A DNA stretch of 51,743 nucleotides from Pseudomonadota bacterium (GTDB taxonomy: Bacteria; Pseudomonadota; Alphaproteobacteria; ATCC43930; CGMCC-115725): NCBI GenBank assembly GCA_046724035.1, contig JBKOVT010000120.1:1-51743 (forward strand), given 5' to 3'. The notes under the pieces were generated by a model. It ran no database searches and was not told the DNA's origin. It worked only from the letters and a program-made list of their open reading frames with translations. Shown in pieces: positions 19,087 to 28,040 of this stretch. Made by a program: the position numbers and the translations under genes. How positions within the stretch are numbered: the first letter of the stretch is position 1; every line of letters begins with the position of its first letter.

Positions 19087-19164
19087 GATGATCGACGATA
19101 TCGATTTCGGCTTTATCCTGCTGGTTGGTATGACCGCCATCTTCTTGGGCAGCTGTGTTTGGTA
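19087..19164 (+). CDS. possible 25-aa hydrophobic peptide
   Basis: MIDDIDFGFILLVGMTAIFLGSCVW with AGAGG upstream. Very short, so speculative. Confidence 0.2.
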
Positions 19165-19497
19165 GATGTTGAACTCCGTAGAATCAACTCGTAATCGCGA
19201 CGATTGAAGCAACAAATCAAGCCTCTTTGGCGCATTTTGGGTCTTCCGTCTCCTACGACGGTCGGCGATTTCTTTGCATCCCGCAGTGTGCTACCCGAAG
19301 AAATTCTCAATGACAAGATCGCGATCCTACATCTGGGCGAGTGGCGGTAGCCAGCAGTACCGGCGGGCTGGCCGCTGAGATGCGCAAGGGGATCACGACG
19401 GTTCGCAAGAGAGCACGCGGGCACAGCAAGCGGAATCTCGGCCATCTACTGCACGAGCTCTACGAGGGACAGAGCCGGCGTTCTTACCGTTTCCGGT

Positions 19498-20205
19498 ATG
19501 GCCTCCTATTCTTTGATGTCCTTGACTATCGTCTACGTGGTGGTGACCTCTTTCATCAGCGGCGATGTCGTCCTCGAAGTCGTTGACGCCCTCCTTGGCC
19601 TTCTCGTTCTGGCCGACTTTCTTGCTCGCTTGTCGTTCAGCCGGCACCGGCTCCGTGATCTCGCTCACCCCCTCGGGATCGCTGACATGCTGGTCATCAT
19701 ATCGTTTTTAGCGCCCGTTGGCGGGCAGGGGCTCGGGTTCCTTGGCGTGCTGCGTACTCTTCGCTTGTTTCGGTCCTACGCAATCGCGCGCCGGCTCAAA
19801 CGCGACTTTCCTTTTATCCGACATAACTACGACCGGGTGGTTGCAGTAGCTCATCTGGTCGTTTTCCTGTTCGTTATGACGGCGGTCGTTTATGAGACGC
19901 AGCACAGTCGCAATCCGCAGATCGCCAACTATGCCGACGCCCTGTATTTCACAGTTACAACCTTGACCACGACTGGATACGGCGACGTCACACTGAGGGC
20001 CACGACGGGGCGGTTGCTCGCCAGCGTCATGATGATCGTCGGTGTCAGCTTGTTCTTGAGGCTGGTCCAGGTTCTCTTCCGCACTGCGAGACTGCCCCAG
20101 AGGTGCGCGTCGTGTGGTCTCTCCGAGCATGAAACCGATGCTTCATTGCCGCCGCTGTGGAACGCTGTTGCAGCTGCCCACGACATCAATAGATCCTGCT
20201 CATGA
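19498..20205 (+). CDS. voltage-sensor-containing K+ channel (6TM-like), 3' end apparently frameshifted
   Basis: S4-like LRTLRLFRSYAIARRLKR and selectivity filter TTTGYGD. The C-terminal CASCG...HETDA continues as HCRRCGTLL in the +1 frame (TT at 20142-20143; alternative stop at 20288-20290). A possible N-terminal extension lies in the frame of ORF 19341..19586. Confidence 0.8.
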   Translation: MASYSLMSLTIVYVVVTSFISGDVVLEVVDALLGLLVLADFLARLSFSRHRLRDLAHPLGIADMLVIISFLAPVGGQGLGFLGVLRTLRLFRSYAIARRLKRDFPFIRHNYDRVVAVAHLVVFLFVMTAVVYETQHSRNPQIANYADALYFTVTTLTTTGYGDVTLRATTGRLLASVMMIVGVSLFLRLVQVLFRTARLPQRCASCGLSEHETDASLPPLWNAVAAAHDINRSCS

Positions 20206-20535
20206 CATTGGCTTATTGCGACCTCCCTGGGGCGCTGAAGCCGCTTGTGGGTGCAGCAGCCCCGCAGCAACGTCTGCCGCCGACCATTAACCAAGCAGGT
20301 AGAGAAAGACGCCGAAGCCTCCGCGCCGCGGCCGAGCTTCGCGCGGCTCGCTACACGAGCGCGCGCCCAAGCTCGCTGCCAATGAAAAACCGGACGTCGT
20401 GTTTCCATTGCAAGCCTAACAGACGGAACCCAGTGGCATTTATCAGTTTCCCGCCCCTAACAGCCACGCTTGATTCCAAATCAATTATCGCAAACAGCGA
20501 GACTGCAAACTCTACGTTTGCGACCGGAGGTCCAC

Positions 20536-20922
20536 ATGTTCGACCGGAGACTGATCGTTTGTATGGCTATGCTGATGTCGGTATTTACTTTGGTTTCTGG
20601 TCACGGTGAACGCCAGATACATATCGAACAAATTTCAGTGCGCTGCATCAATGATGAAACGAAAAAATTCGACGGTAAACCCTCTGCTTATTTCACTAAG
20701 AAATGCGAGAGCAAAAATAGATGCAGTGCCAACTGGTATTTCAAAGATCCGAAAATGGTGTGCCCTGACGAAAAAAAGAAGTTAGTAGCCACGGTTCGAT
20801 GCGGGTCTGACGAGAAAAGCATTTGTCCTTTGGCAGGCACAGTCTGGTTTGCACTGAACGACAATTCACGATTGACGGTAAGTGATTGGCAGTTCGCCGC
20901 TAACCCTGAGCCATTAGGCTAG
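20536..20922 (+). CDS. secreted cysteine-rich small protein, low-GC
   Basis: GGAGG precedes the ATG. Signal peptide MFDRRLIVCMAMLMSVFTLVSG; six Cys in the mature part, which is Lys-rich. GC is clearly lower than the surroundings. Confidence 0.6.
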   Translation: MFDRRLIVCMAMLMSVFTLVSGHGERQIHIEQISVRCINDETKKFDGKPSAYFTKKCESKNRCSANWYFKDPKMVCPDEKKKLVATVRCGSDEKSICPLAGTVWFALNDNSRLTVSDWQFAANPEPLG

Positions 20923-21196
20923 GCGGGCAAGATCAAGCTGCGCCGGTCGCGCAGCCGCACCACGGTCAGCGGCGGCCAACGCCGCGCCATGAAGCTGCGA
21001 ACGTCGGTATCGCATAACTCTTCGACAGGTCGAACGCTGAGGCGGACAGCGAGCCAGACATATCGCGGAGTGAAGCCGCCAACGACTGCGGCCGAGGTTT
21101 GTTAGGATGAACTGGCCAGGGCTGCGTCGAGCTATACGACAACTTGCAAAAGCTCTCGGACCGGAGCCGAAAGGTTCTGCTGCAAAGCCGTCCCTA

Positions 21197-21526
21197 TCAA
21201 ACAGCCGCAGAGCGTCGCGTCGTGCGCGTACCTGAAGATCGCGGCACCGCGAAGCGATCAGATCGAAGGTATAGACTGGAAAGCCGCGCCTTCACGCAGG
21301 CTGCAACATGGGCGTCGGCGTCCAACACCTCGCCATCGGAGCTGGCGGCGAACATCAGCGCATCGCCCCGCTTCCTGAACTGCACGCGGAAGCGCGTCTC
21401 ACGGCCGGGCAGAAATCCGATCTCGAACAGAACAGGCTCGATAGCCTGGTTATCGAGCCAAGTCCGCATTTGGGCCATGGCGGTGGCCAACTCGGCGTTC
21501 CGGCGCCGAACCTCGATAATGTGCAT
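21197..21526 (-). CDS. small conserved hypothetical, paralog family A (copy 1)
   Basis: MHIIEVRRRNAELATAMAQMRTWLDNQAIEPVLFEI... aligns with the ORFs at 37805 and 38022 (M..hE...., M..hR.WLD, P..F). Confidence 0.6.
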   Translation of the reverse strand: MHIIEVRRRNAELATAMAQMRTWLDNQAIEPVLFEIGFLPGRETRFRVQFRKRGDALMFAASSDGEVLDADAHVAACVKARLSSLYLRSDRFAVPRSSGTRTTRRSAAV

Positions 21527-21736
21527 TGATGCGCCTCGGCAAAGTTATGATCTAGCCGAGTAAATGGGGAACCGCGCTGCGGTTAGAATGAGCTTTTTTG
21601 CCGCAATCCGGGCAGCGGCGGCTACCTGTCCTGGTTTAAGTAGTAAGGAAATGCGGTACACTTTCGCAGTACTTGCGAGAGAAGAACAACAATAACAGGC
21701 AATGACAGGAAGCAACTATTCCCGCGAATAGGAAAC

Positions 21737-22150
21737 ATGATTTGCGACCGGATGAGTAATGGCGAAAGCCTGCGCGCGATTTGTCGCGATCCTGACATGC
21801 CCAGCGAAGGCGGAGTGAGAGGATGGGTAGTGAGAAACGTCGACGGTTTCGGCGACCGCTACCGCGCCGCGCGCTTGCCGCTGATGGAATACTGGGCGGA
21901 TGAGATAGTGGACATCGCCGATGACGGCGAACTTGATCCGCGTGACCGCCAGATCCGGACGAGCGTTCGACAATGGAGCATGTCGAAGGTTTCGCGGCAT
22001 TACGCCGACAAGGTCCAGATCGGTGGCGACCCGGAGAGCCCGCTGCAGAATATGCACCGTGAGATATCAGTTGAAGACCTGTCGGACGAAGCTCTGGATG
22101 CGCTGCAACGCTCCACGCACGCGCTAATCCGGAACACGGCAGAGCAATAA
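21737..22150 (+). CDS. phage terminase small-subunit-like protein
   Basis: ICDRMSNGESLRAICRDPDMPSEGGVRGW...YRAARLPLMEYWADEIVDIADDG...RQWSMSKVSRHYADK matches the common terS/HTH family pattern. Confidence 0.65.
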   Translation: MICDRMSNGESLRAICRDPDMPSEGGVRGWVVRNVDGFGDRYRAARLPLMEYWADEIVDIADDGELDPRDRQIRTSVRQWSMSKVSRHYADKVQIGGDPESPLQNMHREISVEDLSDEALDALQRSTHALIRNTAEQ

Positions 22151-22582
22151 ATGTGGTTCGAGATGGCGCACTCGATGCGCGCGCTTTCGCCTTTTCATGT
22201 TGCACTTCGCGAAGCGCGGCGCATGGCGCGTCATTATCGTCATTTCGAGGAAGGCGGGACCGTTCCAACGGAAGGCCGGGTAGAGGACCAGCACAATGAA
22301 CAGGAGTACGAGTTGCCGCGCGACATAGACCCGATGCTTGTCGCACTCGCTATCGACGAGAAGCTACGCGAAGGCCAAACCGCGCCCGGCATCGGCGACG
22401 ATCCGACGATGCTACTCGAACGCAGAGCGGGCGGGCGGATCGTGGTCGCCGGTCATCATCTCCTTCGCCTCGGCGACGGAAATTTCGCGAAGGGTAAGCG
22501 GTTCATGCACAGCTTGATCGCTCGATTCGACACCGCCAATAAATTTTATCGTGGCGCCTCTGAGCGCGCCGGTTCAGTTTGA
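22151..22582 (+). CDS. hypothetical protein
   Basis: The ATG directly follows the upstream TAA. No family recognised. Confidence 0.35.
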   Translation: MWFEMAHSMRALSPFHVALREARRMARHYRHFEEGGTVPTEGRVEDQHNEQEYELPRDIDPMLVALAIDEKLREGQTAPGIGDDPTMLLERRAGGRIVVAGHHLLRLGDGNFAKGKRFMHSLIARFDTANKFYRGASERAGSV

Positions 22583-22623
22583 TATCCCCAGTCGCGTCCA
22601 CAGAGCGCAGGGAGAGGGACACG

Positions 22624-23140
22624 ATGGTCGGAAAGCGGCTATTCATCGCTGCCGTGGCTGCAACTGCCCTGATATTCACGGCTTTGGCGACATCCTCGGC
22701 TGACGAGGAGTTTTGGGCAGCCGTGATGCGGGAGTTGCCATAGGCCCACGTGTCCCTGGATCAAGCTCTGCGGACCAGCGAACAAGAGAGGAAACCTATC
22801 TCCGCGGAGTATGACGTTGAAAACGGCGACTTTCAGATCTCGGTCTATGTAGAAAAGGACGATAATTTTAGAGAGGTAATCGTCGATCCAAATCGGGGAC
22901 GATCCATGCGACCAAACCGATCACGGTTGCCCAGGAGGTGGACGAAGCTCGGGCGCAGAGCGCCGCATTTGAGAAAGGCAACATTATCGCTAACTTGCCG
23001 CTCTCGCAACCGGGGTGGACTCAAATAGCGGCTATCGAGCCGTCAGCATTATCCCGTTACCCGGGGAAGACGAGACGGTTGCAGCTATCACCCTGATGAA
23101 GGGCGAGGCCATCAAGCAGGTCGCGCAGAAATTAGAGTGA
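22624..23140 (+). pseudogene. PepSY-domain secreted protein, disrupted
   Basis: Good RBS and signal peptide MVGKRLFIAAVAATALIFTALATSSA. In-frame TAG at 22741-22743, then VSLDQALRTSEQE...FQISVYVEKDDNFREVIVDPN. At least two later frameshifts; the end reads ...AITLMKGEAIKQVAQKLE. Confidence 0.6.
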
Positions 23141-23565
23141 ATGGAGCCTACTGGCGTACCGCCGTGACGCAAGAAATACCGGACCGGAACTGCTCCGGTC
23201 CGGCTATCTCGGCCCGCAGCGCGGCGATCAAGTTTCAACTACCAACTAAAATGGCGGACCTGGTTTCAGACCTTCCCCAGCACCCACTCGATGTAAATGA
23301 CTGTCGACGCGGTCATTCACCCGACTTCGGTTGCCGTGAAGCCGTCTTCGTTCTTCAGAAGCCAAACAAGAACCTCCAACATTGGTTTGACTCGGTGACT
23401 TCTCATCGGGGAAATCGAGATCATTACGATGCTGTTGGGGTTAATTGGTCGTTGATCCTAACAGACACCAAAAAAGGTCACAGGCGAAAGATAAATCGCC
23501 GCGCTGCCGTAAACGGCGCTTAACCATGCCCGTCCACGCTCACTCCATACGTCAGGGAGAGGGGA

Positions 23566-24067
23566 ATGCGTCAGATCGAGCTCACCGGGTCTCAAAAAGG
23601 TGTTGTTCGGCGTTTATGTTGAAATGTGGCGGCGTTGGCGTCCCGGCATTCGCAGCTTCGCCGAACTGGAAAGGGACATCGAGAAGGGCTCAAAAGTTCT
23701 TGTCGACGGAATAACTGTCGACGACCGGGCGGAGCTCCCGGTCATCGTCGCTGATGCGGGGGATCATAAATTTTACGCTGCCATTTTCGACGATGATGAT
23801 GATGCAGTCGACGATATGACGAGCGAGGAATTAGACCAGCTTCGTCGATACGTCCTTTTTGGCAATGGTATCGTGCTCGTCCGCAAATGGCGGCGTCCAA
23901 GATCGACAATTGGTGCGGCTGTGGTCGGCGTCCCTTTCGCAGCGCAGGCGTCTCATGCCCAAGATCGAATTAGACAAGACGGCACAGGCCGGCCATGTGC
24001 TGTTTCGCTACATGCGTGCGGGCCATCGGTTCAAGAACAAGGTCGAGCCACCGTTGCCGGCGCATGA
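23566..24067 (+). pseudogene. hypothetical protein, frameshifted at an A5 run
   Basis: Strong RBS GGGAGAGGGGA precedes the ATG at 23566 (MRQIELTGSQK). The frame is lost at A5 23594-23598 and continues as ORF 23600..24067. The 3' limit is uncertain. Confidence 0.4.
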
Positions 24068-24300
24068 ACTGGCCCAATTGATCGGCGGCGGCAAAGAAGA
24101 ATTTGACGAGATCTACATCGAAGCGGCGGCCAGTCCGCCGGTCGTCTTTGATGGAAAAGGCCGACGACGTATTCGAGGTCATAATCAAGAAAAAATATCG
24201 CGCGATTGCGTTCTGGGACCCGCAGCTGGTAGCGGCCTGGCGGCATTACATTATCAGCGACGGGCCTCTACCGCCAAGACCGGAGCCGCGGAATCCATGA
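23955..24300 (+). pseudogene. small conserved hypothetical, paralog family B (copy 1), frameshifted
   Basis: MPKIELDKTAQAGHVLFRYMRAGHRFKNKVEPPLPAHELAQLI...VVFDGK, shift at GG 24159-24160, then ADDVFEVIIKKKYRAIAFWDPQLVAAWRHY. Collinear with the intact copy at 40350. Confidence 0.6.
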
Positions 24301-24349
24301 TCCGGCGTATCTGGCGCAGCATATAGGTCAGCCTGGTTCACACTGGATA

Positions 24350-24538
24350 ATGGCTGAGTTTAGCGAGGATGAGCGGGCCGCCTTGATCGACCTCCTTGTC
24401 GCGGTCATCGAAAAGGATCCGTTCCCACTATCGCAGCGCATTCAGCGGCTGCGAGGGATTCTGGCAAAGATCAGACCCATACCGGAGTTGCCGCCGGAAG
24501 AGCCAGACGACATAGATGATGAACCGCCGGTTCTCTGA
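24350..24538 (+). CDS. hypothetical small acidic protein (62 aa)
   Basis: MAEFSEDERAALIDLLVAVIEKDPFPLSQRIQRLRGILAKI... looks protein-like; unknown family. Confidence 0.45.
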   Translation: MAEFSEDERAALIDLLVAVIEKDPFPLSQRIQRLRGILAKIRPIPELPPEEPDDIDDEPPVL

Positions 24539-24733
24539 GAGCCACTGCCGCCAGTCATCGCCGTCCGGCGAGCCTGAAATTGAATTGCCGGCCGTGCATT
24601 CGCTTCACCATCCGGATCGCACGGTTCCATCGGACCATCGGTGGTAAACCCATGCAATCGGCGCAGATGAGGCTAATCATCATCTGCTGTTTGTTTCCCT
24701 TTTTCGTGCGCCGGTCCCGCACAGCCAATGTGG

Positions 24734-24913
24734 CTAGGCGTCCCTGTTTCTCGATCTCGGCACCGCATAAAAACAAAAACACTCGAAGGGGCCGGCGTAT
24801 TCCGACCAAAGCTCCTGAAACCACCTCTCTGCTGCTTCATCGCCCGCCCATGCCAGGCGGTGCATGCGGTCTGGAAGGTCGCTGGGGATGTTTAAGATGA
24901 CGAGCTCGGCCAT
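24734..24913 (-). pseudogene. possible ribbon-helix-helix (FitA/VapB-like) antitoxin remnant
   Basis: MAELVILNIPSDLPDRMHRLA resembles RHH antitoxin N-termini. The remainder and any downstream PIN toxin are scrambled. Confidence 0.25.
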
Positions 24914-25051
24914 GAATTTCAGCGGCAAATCAAGCGATCATCGTTGCGCAGGGAGGGGCAGAGCGCGACGTACTAAATCTCTGAAAAGCTGTGGAAAAAA
25001 CCGGCTTTTCATGACAGTTTGAGACCTGTTCCCCCGCATGGAGCCGACGAG

Positions 25052-25270
25052 ATGAAGGTGGAGATGACAATGGTGCCCGGCACTTTTGTTGAAGGTAAAT
25101 TGGACCGCATCATCTCGGAACATTACGGGGACGAGGCTCATGTCGTGCTGGAGATGAGTATTATGGGCGGCGGAACCGCGGCGCGGGTTACCCTCAGTCC
25201 GATGGATCTCGCGAGGCTTGTTCGACTTAGCGGAACTGCAGCAGCCGAACGAGTACGGGATTCGATTTAG
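25052..25270 (+). CDS. hypothetical protein (72 aa)
   Basis: ORF only; weak RBS. Confidence 0.3.
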   Translation: MKVEMTMVPGTFVEGKLDRIISEHYGDEAHVVLEMSIMGGGTAARVTLSPMDLARLVRLSGTAAAERVRDSI

Positions 25271-25346
25271 CAGGACTTTCCACCGCGGCTGTCGAATTGC
25301 CCAGTCCCCTAGGCCGGCTATAATCCCCGGCAGGGAGGCAGCGCCA

Positions 25347-25538
25347 ATGCCGGAGGAGCGGGTAGAACGCAAGCTGGCTGCAATCCTCGCTGCCGACGTG
25401 GCCGGCTATAGCAGGTTGGTGGGGCTGGCGAACGAAGTGATCCTGCGCCACTGCCGATGGGGGCGCTGGCGGCCGCGGGGAAGGGGTTGCAATCAGGGGA
25501 CGGTGGTTGTGGCTCCCTGTCGGATGCAACAGACCTGA
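25347..25538 (+). pseudogene. class III adenylate/guanylate cyclase, N-terminal fragment only
   Basis: GGAGG RBS, then MPEERVERKLAAILAADVAGYSRLVG, the typical start of Rhizobiales cyclase-domain proteins. The sequence degenerates after about 30 aa. Confidence 0.5.
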
Positions 25539-25569
25539 CAGCGGCGCGGCCGGAGATGATCCAGCCGGC

Positions 25570-25626
25570 TTACGCCCGGATCGGCACCACGTTGCCGGCC
25601 ATCGGCGTCGACGTGTCGAGAAGCGC
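25570..25626. repeat. 57-nt direct repeat, copy A
   Basis: ttacgcccggatcggcaccacgttgccggccatcggcgtcgacgtgtcgagaagcgc, 55/57 identical to 26748-26804. Confidence 0.9.
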
Positions 25627-25627
25627 A

Positions 25628-26425
25628 TCAGCGGTGCCCGCCGTGACCACCACCGCCGGCATGAAAACCAACACCAAAGAGACCACCGTGAACCCCCCCA
25701 CCACGGAAAGCTCGGTGGAAACCACCCGGATGGAAGTGGTGATTATGGAAAAAACGTGACCAGAGCTCTACCGGAACGCTGTAGGCGTAGTACGGCAATG
25801 AGTAGTCGTCGTGGCTGTATGGCGCGTAATCGTAATAGTCCTGAACGGGAGCCGGTGCTGGGATCGCGGCAATGAGTGTCGCTGGCGTTGGCCTCGGCAG
25901 ACCAGCCGGCGCGGGAAACCATTGGAAAGGCCGATTTAGGAACCTGGGCGGTGCGCCAGGCTGGGGCTGACTAGCCGGGCTCGCAGAAGGCGCGGCTGGT
26001 CGAACCAGAGTTGCGTCGGACTTGGGCTTCAGCGTCATGGTGCCGGATGGACCGCTGAGCGAAACTTGTTGCGCTGAGATGCTGTCGACTCGCCAGTCAT
26101 TCAGTGCCTCGCCCTCCAACAGTGCTACCGACTTCGCGCCGGTCACGGCGAAAATCGCGATGCGCCGGTCCGGTTCGATCACGATACCGCTCAGCCTCAC
26201 ATTGGACGGTCGGAGGTCGCCGGCATGGTCCGTGGATGCGGCTTCCGGAGCGCGTTGCGTTGCGCCGGGTTCGGCTATCTCCCGCGCCTGCGCTCCGGTT
26301 TCCGTCGTCGGCGGGCTTCGCTCCAATAACGTGCTGTCGTGGGTGATAAAACCGCGTCCCAGGAGGATCACGGCTGTAGAGACCACGCACCCGGCGAGGA
26401 GCAAAGCTGGCAAGCGAGTCATCAT
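25628..26425 (-). CDS. membrane-anchored/secreted protein with Pro-rich linker and Gly/His-rich C-terminal tail
   Basis: Internal start MMTRLPALLLAGCVVSTAVILL at 26425. The central block VRLSGIVIEPDRRIAIFAVTGAKSVALLEGEALNDWRVDSISAQQVSLSG is reminiscent of GspC-type beta domains. Tail: HNHHFHPGGFHRAFRGGGVHGGLFGVGFHAGGGGHGGHR. The upstream part of ORF 25628..26914 is judged non-coding. Confidence 0.55.
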   Translation of the reverse strand: MMTRLPALLLAGCVVSTAVILLGRGFITHDSTLLERSPPTTETGAQAREIAEPGATQRAPEAASTDHAGDLRPSNVRLSGIVIEPDRRIAIFAVTGAKSVALLEGEALNDWRVDSISAQQVSLSGPSGTMTLKPKSDATLVRPAAPSASPASQPQPGAPPRFLNRPFQWFPAPAGLPRPTPATLIAAIPAPAPVQDYYDYAPYSHDDYSLPYYAYSVPVELWSRFFHNHHFHPGGFHRAFRGGGVHGGLFGVGFHAGGGGHGGHR

Positions 26426-26639
26426 GTCCGCACAATCGGTGTAGCCGGGACGAGCCTTGGGCGTTCGGGCACCTGCGAGCGGAATAAGTATAGCACAGCT
26501 TGGCGGTGACGCGGCTGGCGGCGGCGCTGCAGGCGGTGGAAGAGGGCCGCGCGGTCCAAGCCGTCGCGCGCTGAACGGGGTGGACCTATCAGGCCACCTT
26601 CGCCTGACGACGACGGAAAGCCACGATTTTCGGCGCGTC

Positions 26640-26810
26640 CCCTGTACCAGGTTCGGCCTACCTCGCCGCAGAACGTCGCCCACGCTTCTGACAGAAGCCG
26701 CCGCTTCTGGAAGCCGTCGCCGAGAGGGGATGTGCCCAGCGCTGGCGTTACGCCCGGATCGGCACGACGTTGCCGGCCATCGGCGTCGACGTGTCGAGGA
26801 GCGCGGCGCG
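26640..26810 (-). pseudogene. tyrosine integrase remnant (C-terminal ~55 aa, scrambled)
   Basis: The minus strand reads ...STPMAGNVVPIR (a box-II-like FRDWAGN region, equal to repeat copy B), then GDGFQKRRLLSEAWATFCGE, a typical P4-type integrase C-terminus. Confidence 0.4.
26748..26804. repeat. 57-nt direct repeat, copy B
   Basis: See copy A. It lies between the stop of the integrase pseudogene (26836) and the second integrase tail. Confidence 0.9.
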
Positions 26811-26835
26811 ATGTGGCTACCATCATGCCGCTGCC

Positions 26836-28040
26836 TTACGCTGCAGCCGCAGATGCACGACCATCTCTCCATCCCCACGCTTCGGCTTGGCTTCGCCGCA
26901 AAACGCCGCCCCATTCGTCAGCAAGCAAGCGCCGCTTCTCGAAGCCATCACCACGTCGATACGCCGCCTCAACCTTGTCGCCCAACGTGTGCGCCAGCGC
27001 GATTTCAGCGACCTCATGCGGGAAGTTGGTCTGCTCTGCCGCCCGGCGGAACGTGCTGCGGAGCCATGTGCCGTCAGTCCGCCGCGCCCATGCGCCGAAG
27101 CGTCATGAGGAGTGACATGTTGGAGAGTGGGCTGCCACGCCACGCTCCCGGAAACACGAATTGATCCGGCTTACCGGCTCGTCCGAGTAATGCGAGTGTG
27201 CGACATCCGAAAGTGGCACTCGATGCCCACGCTCGCCGCCTTCATTCGTTCAGCGGGAATAATCCACCCCCGCTCGGCCAGATTGATCTCTGACCAGCGC
27301 GCGCCCAGCACCTCCCCCGTCCGCGCCGCCGTCAAGATGGCGAACTCTAGGGCCCGCGCAGCTATACCGTAGTGCTGACGAAGCTCCGCCATGAACTCCC
27401 CGATTTGACCGTATGGCAGCGCGGCATGTGCTCCAACTTCCGCACCTTGGCTCGCGCCGGGATGGTGTGCGCCAGATTGCGTTTCCACTGAGCCGGGTGT
27501 CGGTCCCGCACGAAAGCCTCGCACGGCTGCGTAATTGAGCACCGCTTCGATACGTCCGCGCACTCGCGTCGCTCTTTCGGGCTTCATGTTGCAGATCCGG
27601 ATCGAGCACTTGCGCGACGAGCCGCGTGTCAATGGCTGAGACCGGCAAATTTCTGATGATGTGATAGGCGTATGTCTCAAGGGTCGCGATTCCATTGAGC
27701 GCGGTGCTTCGGATTGCGCCATCCCGCCTCGTTTCTCTTGATGTACTCGTGAGCGGCGTTTCTTTTCGCGTTCGCGACAGGCACACCTGAACGTTAGCGC
27801 CGACAGCGGCCATTCTCTAGTTTAAGCTGGGGTGCGAGAACTCGTCTGCCGCGCCCAATTCTGATCCGCGGAAATGCGTGTGGTTTGCCTGGCGCTCACT
27901 CGTCCCGGGGAATGCGCCAGGTAGCGGACGGGTTCTCCATCGCTACACCGCCGGGTTAGGGTTCCTTGGCCGGCAGAAACAGGCCGGCAATTGCGGATAG
28001 TAAATGGCGCACCGCTTATGAACCGCTGTTGACCGCGCAT
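26836..28040 (-). pseudogene. P4-type tyrosine integrase, multiply frameshifted
   Basis: Pieces in all three minus frames: FTIRNCRP...DGEPVRYL (N-terminal), AGWRNPKHRAQWN, LETYAYHIIRNLPVSAIDT, KPERATRVRGRIEAVLNYA, ALEFAILTAARTGEVLGARWSEINL, VFPGAWRGSPLSNMSLLMTLRRMG, LTAHG..., FPHEVAEIALAHTLGDKVEAAYRRGDGFEKRR. Confidence 0.75.

Noticed and set aside
22741-22743. Amber (TAG) reassignment or readthrough as an explanation for the in-frame TAG codons.
   Set aside because: TAG is the normal terminator of treY (3066-3068) and of the family D gene (51188-51190). Alphaproteobacteria use the standard code, so pseudogenisation is the simpler explanation.
26426-26914. The N-terminal 163 codons of ORF 25628..26914(-).
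   Set aside because: This part has an Arg/Pro-rich non-protein-like composition and runs across repeat B and the integrase tail. A credible start with a TM helix exists at 26425.
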